Shown here in pieces: positions 39,749 to 50,115 of a DNA stretch of 64,000 bases. The stretch spans positions 19,150-83,149 of the forward strand of contig DULZ01000022.1 of NCBI GenBank assembly GCA_012840125.1, read 5' to 3'. The notes below the pieces were generated by a model. That model worked only from the letters and a program-made list of their open reading frames with translations. It made no database searches and had not been told where the DNA came from. Within the stretch, counting starts at the first letter, position 1. Each line of letters begins with the position of its first letter. The DNA comes from Clostridia bacterium. GTDB taxonomy: Bacteria > Bacillota > DULZ01. Made by a program: the position numbers and the translations under genes.

Positions 39749-40354
39749 ATGACGATGAAAGAGGGGTTTGCTTCCATGACCAAAAGAGTTCCCAATAGAG
39801 CAGAAGCCTATGAACTCTTAACCAAGTACAATCAAAACGACAGCTTGATCAAGCATGCGCTGGCGGTAGAAGGAGTCATGCGGCACTTTGCTGAACTGCT
39901 GGGTGAAGATGTGGAGAAGTGGGGTGTTATCGGCTTAGCCCACGACCTGGATTATGAAATGTACCCGGACCTCCATTGCAAGAAAGTCAGGGAAATCCTG
40001 GAGGAGCATGACTGGCCTGAAGATTATATCCGGGCGATTGAAAGCCATGGTTGGAAAATATGCACTGATGTTGAGCCGGTAGAAAAAATGGAAAAAGTAT
40101 TATACACCATCGATGAACTCACCGGTTTAATCGCTGCTACCGCCCTGATGCGTCCCAGTAAGAGTGTTTTGGATTTAGAAGTCTCTTCCGTCAAGAAAAA
40201 ATGGAAGCAGAAAAACTTTGCCGCCGGGGTGAACCGGGAGATCATTGAAGAGGGAGCCCGGATGCTGGGTATGGATTTAGCGGAAGTCATCCGGGAAACC
40301 ATTAACGGGATGCGCAAAGTGGCAGAAGAAATCGGACTGAAAGGAAACCTGTAA
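39749..40354 (+). CDS. HD-domain phosphohydrolase
   Basis: H...HD...D metal-binding pattern (KHALAVEGV..., GLAHDLDY). Confidence 0.6.
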   Translation: MTMKEGFASMTKRVPNRAEAYELLTKYNQNDSLIKHALAVEGVMRHFAELLGEDVEKWGVIGLAHDLDYEMYPDLHCKKVREILEEHDWPEDYIRAIESHGWKICTDVEPVEKMEKVLYTIDELTGLIAATALMRPSKSVLDLEVSSVKKKWKQKNFAAGVNREIIEEGARMLGMDLAEVIRETINGMRKVAEEIGLKGNL

Positions 40355-40371
40355 TTGACTAGGAGGATTAT

Positions 40372-41076
40372 ATGGCCGAACCCCATATCTTAGCATTGGA
40401 ATGCCCGGAAGTAACCATCGAGGATTTGTTCAAAGCCGAAGGTTCATCCTATGCCGGCAGGCAGCCGAGCCCCAGTGTGCTGGCCGTCCACACAAAGATG
40501 CTAGAAGAGGCTTATGGTCTGGTACGCCCGGTAATGGCCTGGCGTGAGCTGGACATCCTAGGGGCAGGAGACAAGGAGCTTTTCCTGGAGGAAGGTATTA
40601 CCCTGTCCAGCCGCCTGCTGGCCAAGGTGACGGGCCGAGGAGATAAGCTGGTCTGTTTTGCCTTGACCCTGGGTGATGCCCTGGACCGGCTAGTAGATGA
40701 ATACATGAAAGATAATAAATTTGCCCATGCTTATGCCTTGGACGCAGCCGGTTCCGCTTTTGTAGCCAAGACTGCGGCTGTGGCGGTGGAAAAGCTCGGA
40801 CGGGAGTTTTACCCCGGGCAAAGAGCTTCCTTTCCCATGGGCCCCGGCCATTCCTATTGGAAGGAGCTGGAGGACCTGCGCACCATTCACCGGCTGGTTA
40901 AGGGAGAACTAATCGGCATCAGCCTGACGGAAGCTAACCTAATGCTGCCGAAAAAATCTGTCGCCATGGTCATTGGTATCGGGAGCAATTTGCCCGACAT
41001 GGAAGGAAAGGTGCATTGTGATTTCTGCACTTTGCAAAAGACATGCAACATGAGGAGTTTCAACCAAAACTGTTAA
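40372..41076 (+). CDS. hypothetical protein (possibly methionine-synthase activation-domain-like) with a C-terminal CxxC...C cluster
   Basis: Clean ORF with AGGAGG RBS. C-terminal HCDFCTLQKTC. Family assignment is tentative. Confidence 0.4.
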   Translation: MAEPHILALECPEVTIEDLFKAEGSSYAGRQPSPSVLAVHTKMLEEAYGLVRPVMAWRELDILGAGDKELFLEEGITLSSRLLAKVTGRGDKLVCFALTLGDALDRLVDEYMKDNKFAHAYALDAAGSAFVAKTAAVAVEKLGREFYPGQRASFPMGPGHSYWKELEDLRTIHRLVKGELIGISLTEANLMLPKKSVAMVIGIGSNLPDMEGKVHCDFCTLQKTCNMRSFNQNC

Positions 41077-41187
41077 GAGGCTACCGGACGGTAGCCTCTT
41101 AACATAGACCAATGTTCCTGCCAAGCTGTTCTTAGGTTGTCACCTGCTCCGCTTGTTAAAGGAGGGTAATGGCTGGTCGCTGGATAA

Positions 41188-41751
41188 TTAAATCTTACCG
41201 ACTAAATCAATACCGGGCTTAAGGGTTTGTGAGCCGGGACGCCATCTTGCCGGGCACACTTGATCGCCATGCTCGGCCACAAATTGGGCAGCTTGCACTT
41301 TCCGCAGTAATTCAGAAGCATCTCTACCAATGCTGTTGTCGTGCACTTCATAAGCTACGATCTTGCCTTCCGGGTTAACAATGAAGCTGCCTCTTAAAGC
41401 CAAGCCTTCTTCTTCAATGTATACGTCGAAATCCCTGCAGAGCTTGCCGGTGGGATCCGCCAGCATGGGGAATCTGATTTTCTTGATAGTCTCGGAAGCA
41501 TCCCACCAAGCCTTGTGCACAAAGTGGGTGTCGGTGGACACGGAATACACTTCTACCCCGATTTTCTTGAACTCGTCGTAAAGCTCAGCCAGGTCGTTTA
41601 ATTCCGTGGGGCAGACAAAAGTGAAGTCAGCGGGATAGAAAACAAATACAGCCCACTTGCCCAGCACGTCCGCTTTGCTGACGTCCTTAAAGTCCCCATT
41701 CACAAAAGCCTTCACGGTGAAATCAGAAATCTCTTTACCAATGAGTGACAT
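41188..41751 (-). CDS. ahpC: 2-Cys peroxiredoxin (AhpC/Prx1 family)
   Basis: FTFVCPTE peroxidatic Cys motif and a C-terminal resolving Cys (VCPA). Confidence 0.85.
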   Translation of the reverse strand: MSLIGKEISDFTVKAFVNGDFKDVSKADVLGKWAVFVFYPADFTFVCPTELNDLAELYDEFKKIGVEVYSVSTDTHFVHKAWWDASETIKKIRFPMLADPTGKLCRDFDVYIEEEGLALRGSFIVNPEGKIVAYEVHDNSIGRDASELLRKVQAAQFVAEHGDQVCPARWRPGSQTLKPGIDLVGKI

Positions 41752-42037
41752 GAAAAAACCGCCTCCTCGTAGTATTTATTTATTTGCTCCGGTTGACCCG
41801 GTTATTTGTTGTTAGCATGAACTATTTTGAAAGAACAAATACGAGCCAGAGTCATTTAGCTCTCAGTAAGCACTAGGCAAGCAAAAAAATATTTATCAGT
41901 AATAGTTATTAATATCATAGAATATAAGCTGGACCTTGTCAAGGCTTTTAGGAAAAAATAATGAAAAATACGGCATCTATGTAAGCTGCTCCCGTGAGGT
42001 ATGTAAAGCAAGCCCGATTCATTAGGAGGAATGGAAT

Positions 42038-43171
42038 TTGCAAAAGTCGGAACTGCAAACACCTGCCATCTTGGTTGACCTGGACATCCTGGCCGGTAAT
42101 ATAAAGAGATACCAAGCCTTGTGCAACAAGAACGGCAAGCAGCTCTGGCCCATGGTGAAAACCCACAAGAGCACGGAAATTGCCGCCCTGCAGCAGGATG
42201 CAGGAGCGACCGGCTTTCTTTGCGGCACTCTGGATGAGTGTGAGGGCCTTTGCCGGGCAGGGATGACGCATATCATGTACGCCTACCCGGTGGCAGGCAG
42301 TGCCAATATCAAGAGAGCCATTGAGCTTGCCAAGAAGTGCAACTTCATCATCAGGATTGACAGTTTAGACGGCGCCAGGAGGATCAACGAGGCCGCCCAG
42401 AAGGCGGGTATCCAAATCAACTATACTATTATTATTGACAGCGGGCTTCACCGTCTAGGCATCCCGCCGGAGCATGCCGCAGACTTTGCCAAGGCATTGA
42501 AGGACTTAACTAATTTGGCCTTTAAAGGCATCTCCACTCATCCCGGCCATGTCTACGCGGCCTCCGGTGAGTGGGATTTGGCCAAGTATATCCAAGATGA
42601 GAAAGCCGCTGTTGCAAAAGCCGTGGCGAAGTTAAAAGAGGCCGGTTTTTCCCCGGAAATAGTCTCCAGCGGTTCCACGCCTACTTTCGCCGGTGCCGTA
42701 GAGGATCCAAACATCAATATCCTGCACCCCGGCAACTATGTATTCCACGATTACATCCAGATGTCCCTGGGAGTTGCCCGGGAAACGGACTGCGCCCTTT
42801 CGGTATTAACGACGGTTATTTCTTACCCGGCGGCGGAGCGTTACATCTGTGATGCCGGTGCCAAATGCTTGGGTTTGGATAAGGGTGCCCACGGCAATAC
42901 TGCCGTCCAAGGCTATGGCTATATTAAAGGCCATCCCGAACTGGCCCTGATCAGCCTGTCCGAGGAAGTGGGCAAGATCCGGTCAGCAGGCCCTACGGGA
43001 ATCAAGGTAGGCGACCAATTGGAGATCATCCCCAATCATGCCTGTTCCGCCGCCAACCTGACCGGCTATCTCATCGGCTGCCGGGGAGAGAGGGTGGAGC
43101 GGGTTATCCAGGTGGACCTGAGAGGAAATTCAACGCCGAAAAACGTGCCGGAGTTTTTGGGGCATCAGTAA
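42038..43171 (+). CDS. PLP-dependent D-TA-family enzyme (alanine-racemase N-terminal fold; D-serine dehydratase / D-threonine aldolase-like)
   Basis: Alanine-racemase-domain N-terminus (AILVDLD..., KTHK with PLP-Lys). Confidence 0.65.
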   Translation: MQKSELQTPAILVDLDILAGNIKRYQALCNKNGKQLWPMVKTHKSTEIAALQQDAGATGFLCGTLDECEGLCRAGMTHIMYAYPVAGSANIKRAIELAKKCNFIIRIDSLDGARRINEAAQKAGIQINYTIIIDSGLHRLGIPPEHAADFAKALKDLTNLAFKGISTHPGHVYAASGEWDLAKYIQDEKAAVAKAVAKLKEAGFSPEIVSSGSTPTFAGAVEDPNINILHPGNYVFHDYIQMSLGVARETDCALSVLTTVISYPAAERYICDAGAKCLGLDKGAHGNTAVQGYGYIKGHPELALISLSEEVGKIRSAGPTGIKVGDQLEIIPNHACSAANLTGYLIGCRGERVERVIQVDLRGNSTPKNVPEFLGHQ

Positions 43172-43401
43172 GTATGATTGCCCGGCAGCCGTTTCCGGCC
43201 GGGGAGGTTCAAACCAGAGTATCAAAAAGGTACCCATGGTAATGTTTTTTGTGAATAGTTAGGGGAGCTAAACTTATCATTGCAATGGCATGATAAATGG
43301 TTCACAATAGATAGCAGGAGTACCTGCCGGGGGAATAGCCCCATGGACTCCTAGTACGATTTTGGGCCAACAACAGCAAAAGAAATCGAAGGGATCAATA
43401 G

Positions 43402-44586
43402 ATGGAGCAGTGGCAAAAGAACTTATACGTCATGGTGGCAGTACAGTTCGTAATGATGGCGGGAGTCAACATCGTCGTTCCTTTTCTTCCCCTTTTTGTG
43501 GGGCACCTGGTGACGGCAGGCCCGGCAGTTGTTAGGAGCTGGTCGGGTCTGCTGATTGCTATCCATTCCTTGTTTGCTGCTTTGTTATCCCCCGTCTGGG
43601 GCAGCTTGTCGGACCGGTGGGGCCGAAAGCCCATGGTGGTCAGGGCTTGTCTTGCCGTGGCCGTGTGTACCTTCTTGATGGGCTATGCGCAAAATGTGTA
43701 TCAACTCCTGGTCTTAAGAATCCTGCAGGGCTGTTTTTCCGGGTTTTCCGCGGCGGCTCTGACACTGGTGGCTTCCCAGACCGAAGAAACCAAACTGGGC
43801 TATGCTTTAGGTTTACTCCAGACAGGTCAGGTGCTGGGGGTTTTGGTGGGACCATTGCTGGGAGGACTGTTGGCCGACTTGTTCTCCTACCGGGATACAT
43901 TTCGGGTTACCGGCTTGATGTCTTTAGCCGCCGGGATAGCTGTGATCCTGCTGGTCAAGGAAAGATTCACGGCCAAAGAGGAGGAGGGCAGGGCCCATTT
44001 CCTGCAGGAACTGGCCGCCTGCTGGCACTTGCCTATCATTCAAGTGATGTTCGTGGTCTTGTTTTTCACCCAGTTGAGCATCCGGATGGTGGAGCCCATT
44101 ATGTCCCTGTTTGTGGAAAGCCTGGTCAGTGGAGAGGCTTTGGTGGCCACAGTGACCGGGCTTGTCTTCTCCGTAACCGGGCTGGCCCAGTTCTTGAGTT
44201 TGCCTGTCATTGCCAGGAAGAGCGACAGTTGGGGATATCGCCGGGTCCTAATCATTTGCTTGCTGGGCGGTGCCATGGCCTATTTCCCCCAAGCCCTGGT
44301 GGGAAGTATCACCGCTTTGCTGGCGTTCCGTTTCATTTACGGCCTCTTTCTGGGAGGTACGGTACCGATGATTAATGCTCTCATTGGCTTGCTGACCCCT
44401 GCCGAGCACAGGGGGCAGGTCTACGGGCTCACGTCCAGTGCCTTTTTCCTTGGCGGCTTTATCGGACCCTTAACGGGCGGTTTCTTGGCTGCTCACTTAG
44501 GATTTCTGCCGGTGTTCTTTTTCATTTCAGCCTTGCTGGTGATCAATACCGTGCTGGTGATCAAAAAGGTGCCCCAGTCAGCCTGA
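43402..44586 (+). CDS. MFS transporter
   Basis: 12 TM with an MFS motif A-like region (GSLSDRWGRKP). Confidence 0.8.
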   Translation: MEQWQKNLYVMVAVQFVMMAGVNIVVPFLPLFVGHLVTAGPAVVRSWSGLLIAIHSLFAALLSPVWGSLSDRWGRKPMVVRACLAVAVCTFLMGYAQNVYQLLVLRILQGCFSGFSAAALTLVASQTEETKLGYALGLLQTGQVLGVLVGPLLGGLLADLFSYRDTFRVTGLMSLAAGIAVILLVKERFTAKEEEGRAHFLQELAACWHLPIIQVMFVVLFFTQLSIRMVEPIMSLFVESLVSGEALVATVTGLVFSVTGLAQFLSLPVIARKSDSWGYRRVLIICLLGGAMAYFPQALVGSITALLAFRFIYGLFLGGTVPMINALIGLLTPAEHRGQVYGLTSSAFFLGGFIGPLTGGFLAAHLGFLPVFFFISALLVINTVLVIKKVPQSA

Positions 44587-44624
44587 TCAGCAACAGGACT
44601 GGTGATTGGCCCCGGAGCCAATCT

Positions 44625-45788
44625 TTACAACGGTGCCTGCATCGTTTTCACGATGGTGCGTAGCAAGCGCGCCTGGTCGAGGAGAGAAACGTTGCCAAGA
44701 AAGGCGATGTAGTAGTCTTTATCGGGACAATAGAAAGCTGCCGCGCCAAAACCCGGGATGGTACCGGTATGACCGATTAGGACATCGCCTTCAACCACCA
44801 GCCTGCGCAGGCCCAGCCCGTAACCTGACTGGGCGGGAATATCCTCATCGGTGAAAGGCTCGAATTCCATCATCTGCTCCAGCGCTGCCGGGCTGATGAT
44901 CCGGCCGGTGAATAACCCTTGCAAAAAACGGCTTACATCCGCAGCATTCGCCGCTATGCCGCCGGCGGCATAGGCCGTACTCGCCCAACCCCGGTTATCG
45001 GGCTTAATCTTGTTGATGCCCAAGGGGAACAGGTCCCGGTCGTAACCGGTGATCAACAATTCCGGGGGCCGGGCTTCGGGTAGAATATATGTGTTTTGGA
45101 GCTGAAGGGGAGTCAGGATGAAGTCCTGGAGCAACTCCCCGTATTTTTTTCCCGTCACTTGCTCCGCCAGCAATCCCAACAGGAAATAATTCGAGTTGGA
45201 ATAGTAATGCTTTTCTCCCGGCGCGAAATACGGGTTTCCTTTGATGATATATTGATAGATGGCATCCGGCTCCCAGTGCTTGCGGGGAAGAAAAGTTGTT
45301 GTTAACAGAAGGGGCCAGTTTTCCGTATAGTTGTAGATGCCGCTCGTATGATTCAGTAATTGCTTGACGGTGATGTCTTGCGCATGGTGAAGATCGGGGA
45401 ACCAGGCATCTATCGTCGTGTCCAGGGAAAGAAGCCCTTCTTCGCAGAGTTTCATAATGATGGTGGCAGTATAGATCTTGGTGACGCTGCCTACACGCAA
45501 GAGATGGCCGGGCGTAATATTCGTGGTCCGGTCATAGTCTACCGTTCCCAGGGCCAAATCCCATGCTTCCCCCCGGCGTATCACCGATACCTGCAGGCCG
45601 GGTATGCCTAATTCGTTTAAATCCTGCAGCAAGCTATGGTACAGGTTTCCCTGCCACTCATTTTCAATCCATGGACCCGGTTCATGAGTATATACAGTTA
45701 ACCGGTTCTTTTGCGGCCAGAACGATAGGCTCACGATCCCAATCAGGCACACAAGCATCACCGGGATAATTCTTCGTTTCATAACCAT
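44625..45788 (-). CDS. serine hydrolase, beta-lactamase class-C / PBP4*-like family
   Basis: SxxK motif GSVTK, YxN (YSNSN), signal peptide. Confidence 0.8.
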   Translation of the reverse strand: MVMKRRIIPVMLVCLIGIVSLSFWPQKNRLTVYTHEPGPWIENEWQGNLYHSLLQDLNELGIPGLQVSVIRRGEAWDLALGTVDYDRTTNITPGHLLRVGSVTKIYTATIIMKLCEEGLLSLDTTIDAWFPDLHHAQDITVKQLLNHTSGIYNYTENWPLLLTTTFLPRKHWEPDAIYQYIIKGNPYFAPGEKHYYSNSNYFLLGLLAEQVTGKKYGELLQDFILTPLQLQNTYILPEARPPELLITGYDRDLFPLGINKIKPDNRGWASTAYAAGGIAANAADVSRFLQGLFTGRIISPAALEQMMEFEPFTDEDIPAQSGYGLGLRRLVVEGDVLIGHTGTIPGFGAAAFYCPDKDYYIAFLGNVSLLDQARLLRTIVKTMQAPL

Positions 45789-46116
45789 GCCTCGCTTTCC
45801 GCTCTCTCCGAAGGCTTATTTCTTGCTCCCTCGCCGGGAAGTTTTTCGTGGGCGTTACTTACATAATTATAACACGATTATAACATGATTCCTTTTCCAT
45901 GCCTCGTTGTTTGGGTGCCGGAAGAACGGGGCTTTTCCCGGGCATGGATGGGTTATGGCGGTCGCCGGCGGTGCAAGGCGGCAGTTTTTCGTGAAACTGT
46001 GGTGATACCGTTGACATGGATGCTGCCCATCGGGTAAGATTAAATCAGTAATTTACTAATTAACTAAATTACTCAACCAGTAAATAAGCGCATGGGATGC
46101 TGAAGGAGGAAAAGCC

Positions 46117-46596
46117 GTGAAAATACCCACTACCCTTAAACACAAACCGGTCATCGTAGTAGAAAACTACGAAAACGTAGACGGGCGCTATGCCTATCGC
46201 TCCGATGCCAAGGGGCTTTCCGTGGGCTTGGCCCAGTGGAACGACCGGGGCAAAGTAGATATTTCAGCCAAAGTTTGGCGCCATACCGGGGAAAAGTGGT
46301 CCCGGCAGTCGGAGGAGCTGCCTTTACACCGGGTACTGGATTTGGCCATTTTGGTGACGAGAACCCTGCTGCATTTTCGTGAAGCATACCGGTATGAGCA
46401 CCTGTATGATAAGGCAAACCCGGTGATCGACCGGGTAGGGCTGCAGGGGGATGCCATGACCGTGGCCGTTTGTACTGACAATGAAAAAATCGATGAGGAC
46501 ATCAAGCTGTTCCGCCAGGCCTTAAGTCAGGATGATGAGCTCATCGGGGAACGCCTCCACACCCTGGCCAGGATCCTGAAAGAAATGGGATACTAA
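46117..46596 (+). CDS. hypothetical protein
   Basis: GTG start with GAAGGAGG RBS. A promoter (TTGACA at 46011) is followed by the inverted repeat AGTAATTTACT-N4-ACTAAATTACT. Confidence 0.5.
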   Translation: MKIPTTLKHKPVIVVENYENVDGRYAYRSDAKGLSVGLAQWNDRGKVDISAKVWRHTGEKWSRQSEELPLHRVLDLAILVTRTLLHFREAYRYEHLYDKANPVIDRVGLQGDAMTVAVCTDNEKIDEDIKLFRQALSQDDELIGERLHTLARILKEMGY

Positions 46597-46609
46597 AGAC
46601 TGAAAGAAG

Positions 46610-46963
46610 GTGCAGCCTTTGGACCGTAAAAAGCAGTTGAAGGAGCAGTTTAAGAGCATGAAGCCTGCAATGGGCATCATGATCATCCGCTCCAAAGTCG
46701 GCAATAAGTGTTTCCTGCAGCCCACCCAAAACCTGCGGGGTGCCATCAACAGCACCAGGTTTAAACTGGACGCCGGCATTCATCCCAACCGTGCCCTCCA
46801 GCGAGATTGGCACCAGTACGGGGCGGACAGCTTCGCCATCGAAGTCCTGGCAGAGCTGGAATACGACCGGGATGAAACCAAAACGGATTACACTGAGGAA
46901 TTAGCCATCCTGCAGATGATCTGGGAAGAGAGATTGCTGAAAGAAGACATGGAGTTCTATTAG
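46610..46963 (+). CDS. degenerate GIY-YIG (I-TevI-like catalytic domain) protein
   Basis: Aligns by eye to the I-TevI N-terminal domain: GIMIIRS..KCFLQPTQNLRGA...LQRDWHQYGADSFAIEVLAE. GIY becomes GIM and YVG becomes FLQ. Confidence 0.5.
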   Translation: MQPLDRKKQLKEQFKSMKPAMGIMIIRSKVGNKCFLQPTQNLRGAINSTRFKLDAGIHPNRALQRDWHQYGADSFAIEVLAELEYDRDETKTDYTEELAILQMIWEERLLKEDMEFY

Positions 46964-47019
46964 GCGGGAACAATCCGGCTGTGATCCCAGTCCTGAATGG
47001 GGAGGGGGATCAAAGATCA

Positions 47020-47628
47020 ATGAAAAGAATAGGCATGTTAATACTGGCTGCCGGTCTGGCGGTGTTGGCCGTCGCCTGCGGTCATGGCGGTGGCGGTTTG
47101 CCGCCCCATGAAGCACAGGAAGAAAGCGGTATTCGGACCGTTACCGGCTGCGACCTGGATGAAACCCGGCAGCCCAGCGTGGCGGGTATCTGTCTCGGGG
47201 ATCACAAAGATAAAGTGAAGGAGCTGCTGGGCGGCGACTTTACGGAGATCCCCTACGCCGAAGCAGGGCATTTTGATGAGCCCTATGTCCTGTGGGAGTA
47301 TCCTGCAGGGTACAGTATTGCCATCGGCCGGACCTCCGGCCGGGTCCTGCAAATTGCTGCCACCGCGCCGGGAGCCGGGACCAATTTGGGCGCTCGAGTG
47401 GGGGATAGGGCAGGGGAGGTTTTGGCCCTGTACCGGGCGTCCTACGAAGAGCCGGTCAGTATCCACGGGGGAGACTTACCGGGCGTTTTTAAAGTGGAAA
47501 ACGGGCAAGCCGTGATTTTTGATTTCAACATGGAAGACGGGCTGGTGAACCCTGCCGGTGTAGAGCCGGAAGGGGTGGTGGAAAGGATTGTTTTGACCTA
47601 TCCGGTGTACCTGGATGATTCTTTTTAG
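47020..47628 (+). CDS. lipoprotein of unknown function
   Basis: Signal peptide plus lipobox (LAVLAVACG). Confidence 0.5.
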   Translation: MKRIGMLILAAGLAVLAVACGHGGGGLPPHEAQEESGIRTVTGCDLDETRQPSVAGICLGDHKDKVKELLGGDFTEIPYAEAGHFDEPYVLWEYPAGYSIAIGRTSGRVLQIAATAPGAGTNLGARVGDRAGEVLALYRASYEEPVSIHGGDLPGVFKVENGQAVIFDFNMEDGLVNPAGVEPEGVVERIVLTYPVYLDDSF

Positions 47629-47871
47629 CCGGTCATAAATAAGGAGACGGGATGGTGTGGTGATATACCCCCTTTCCATGACCCTGAATGCCGGTCATGC
47701 CGGGTGTCAATTCTCCGGGGGAGAATATCAACCTACTATCCCGTCTTTTTGTGTTCTTGTCTCGCAGGCAGGGGCAGCCAGGCATCATCATGATGCCGCG
47801 GGTGTGGCACCCCTGCTGGGCGACCGGCGTATCATGATTATATAACCAGATATTAGAAAGGATGGGTTAAA

Positions 47872-48366
47872 ATGCATAACTACCATGGATCCGGCTTCCC
47901 GCCTTCGGGATGGGTATATCCTCCCTATCATGGAAAAGGGAAACCGCCTTTACACATACGGGATCAGGGGCCGAACCCTTTTACCGTTAATATCGAGGAG
48001 ATGGTCCTGCAAAACAACTATTTCCGGGTGGCCCTGTGGACAGGTAACCATCTCCAGCTGACCCTCATGAGCATCAATGCCGGGGAAGACATCGGGTTGG
48101 AGATGCATCCCGATACGGACCAGTTTATTCGTATTGAACGCGGTCAAGGCCTGGTGGTGATGGGAGACAGCAGGGAAAACTTGAACTTCCGGCAGCGGGT
48201 CTATGATGATTACGTCATTTTCATTCCCGCCGGGAAGTGGCATAACCTCATCAATACCGGCCGCACTCCTTTGAAGCTGTATTCCATTTATGCCCCGCCG
48301 GAACATGCCTGGGGCACCGTACACCGCACCAAAAAAGAGGCGGAAAAACACCACCAGGGCTATTAA
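47872..48366 (+). CDS. cupin-domain protein
   Basis: Cupin motif region (G.D.G.E.H.H.D). Confidence 0.55.
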   Translation: MHNYHGSGFPPSGWVYPPYHGKGKPPLHIRDQGPNPFTVNIEEMVLQNNYFRVALWTGNHLQLTLMSINAGEDIGLEMHPDTDQFIRIERGQGLVVMGDSRENLNFRQRVYDDYVIFIPAGKWHNLINTGRTPLKLYSIYAPPEHAWGTVHRTKKEAEKHHQGY

Positions 48367-48407
48367 CCCGGCGAGAAACCGGTAGATCCTCACACCGGTT
48401 TTCAGGC

Positions 48408-48922
48408 CTACTTGGTTAATTCTTCCGTTTCCTTGCACAGCTCCTGTACCTGACCCGCGATGCTCACACCGATTTCCGCCGTGGCATTAACGGCATGATC
48501 CAGTTGGCTGAATACTTGTTGAATCGATTTGAGATGGCGGTTAAACAGGTTGAATTTTTCTCCCATTTCCCGTAGGAAATCGTTGTTTTGCTTGGCTCCT
48601 TCCGCGGACTTGACTGCCGGCTTGCCTACTTCATGGGCCACACCGAAAATCCCCGGCCCGCTTCGCCGGCCCGGGCCGCCTCGATGGAAGCATTGAGGGC
48701 GAGGAGGTTGAACTGGTCTGCGATGCTTTCGATCTGGCGGATGATGGTCTGGGAATTATGCATCAGGCGCTGGATATCCTGGGAAGCCGCCGGCAAATCA
48801 TTGACCCGGCGGTTCACTTCCGCCACACCGGCCGACACTCCTGCCGGGTGGCCGGACAGCTTTGCGTTGGCCGCCGTCCTGGGCGATGATGATGGATAAG
48901 CTTTCTGCGCCGGTCGGAACAC
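48408..48922 (-). pseudogene. frameshifted remnant of a methyl-accepting chemotaxis protein signalling domain
   Basis: Two overlapping ORFs in different frames carry the MCP core ([26 protein letters not shown], then ...[15 protein letters not shown]... is out of frame). No TM, HAMP or intact N-terminus. Confidence 0.6.
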
Positions 48923-49111
48923 CCTCGCGGCTTCAACTTAATTCCGTGGGGTTTGGTCAGCCACCGGGGGGGGGTGATCCGGGCAGCGGGAGCGGGGGAG
49001 CACGATGATGTACCCGAACATTTGCCACCGAGATGCTTAAGATGTATAATAGACAAAAGAACAACTTGAAAGGTGCAGCGGCCTTTTCAGGATGAATGGG
49101 AGGGAAAAGAG

Positions 49112-49594
49112 ATGGCGGGATACTCCCAGTCGGAAGAAGACTATCTAGAAGCTTTGTATATTATCGGCATGGAAAACAAAGTCATCCGGGTCAAAGATGT
49201 GGCTCAAGCTCTCAATGTGAAGATGCCTTCCGTTGTCGCTGCCATTAAATCCCTGGCGGAAAAAGGCTTAGTGGAAAAGGAAAAGTACGGCCATATTGAG
49301 CTGACCAAGGAAGGAGAAGCGGTGGCCCAGGATGTTTATGCCAGGCACCAGATGCTTTATGCCTTCTTCCATGAGATCTTGGGGCTGTCCCCCGAGGTGG
49401 CCGAAGAGGATGCGTGTAAGGTTGAGCACTATTTGTCCCCGGAAACCAGGGAACGGTTGATGCATATGGTGGAGTACGTGCGTGCCTGCAAGGATGACGA
49501 AGTCAAGTTCTTGGACCGGTTTATGCATTTTGTAAAAACGGGTGAAAAGCCGGGACCTTGCGAAGGCTGCCGGCTGGCGGCAAAAGGAGAATAA
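49112..49594 (+). CDS. DtxR/MntR-family metal-dependent transcriptional regulator
   Basis: wHTH plus metal-binding and SH3-like C-terminal region. Preceded by a TATAAT promoter. Confidence 0.8.
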   Translation: MAGYSQSEEDYLEALYIIGMENKVIRVKDVAQALNVKMPSVVAAIKSLAEKGLVEKEKYGHIELTKEGEAVAQDVYARHQMLYAFFHEILGLSPEVAEEDACKVEHYLSPETRERLMHMVEYVRACKDDEVKFLDRFMHFVKTGEKPGPCEGCRLAAKGE

Positions 49595-49755
49595 CAGGAA
49601 CGATTAACTTCACTCTTTCGGCAGGGTGAAGTTAATTTATTTTTCGACAAAACCTCCAATTCTTAGTGATTTCTTGCGGCAGGAGATAGGCGGAGCAGCC
49701 AGAATAGTCTAAAAGTGTTTGCTTTAATTCACTGCCGCCGAGGAGGCGGTTCAGG

Positions 49756-50115
49756 TTGAGAGGGGTGGTTCCGGTATCATTGAAGAGCCGCATGGACTTT
49801 CATCATCTTGCACCGGGGGTGGGAGAAATTTCACAGTCAGTCAATTATTTGGGCCAATTAACCCTCCAAAAAGGCCAATACCTCCAGATCCCATCCGGGA
49901 TCAGGGATAAGTTGGACCTAAAAGCAGGAGACAGCTTGGCCATCGAGCTGGAGGGAAACACCATTGTCCTTAAGCCGGTTGCGGAACCGTCGGCAGACCG
50001 TTCCGTTAAGCATAATATCATTGTTTTCCCATGTGTGGGAAAGTCACGGGAGCCGTTGATCAAGGTTCCTGTACATAAAACACCGGACGAGAACGAAATC
50101 AATAAAGTCGGTTAG
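49756..50115 (+). CDS. AbrB/MazE/SpoVT-type DNA-binding domain protein (start uncertain)
   Basis: Swapped-hairpin motif GQYLQIPSGIRDKLDLKAGDSLAIEL. A terminator lies at about 50116-50150. Confidence 0.45.
   Translation: MRGVVPVSLKSRMDFHHLAPGVGEISQSVNYLGQLTLQKGQYLQIPSGIRDKLDLKAGDSLAIELEGNTIVLKPVAEPSADRSVKHNIIVFPCVGKSREPLIKVPVHKTPDENEINKVG

Noticed and set aside
43617-44375. 252-aa alternate-frame ORF inside the MFS transporter gene
   Set aside because: Gly/Arg-rich out-of-frame translation of a membrane protein gene.
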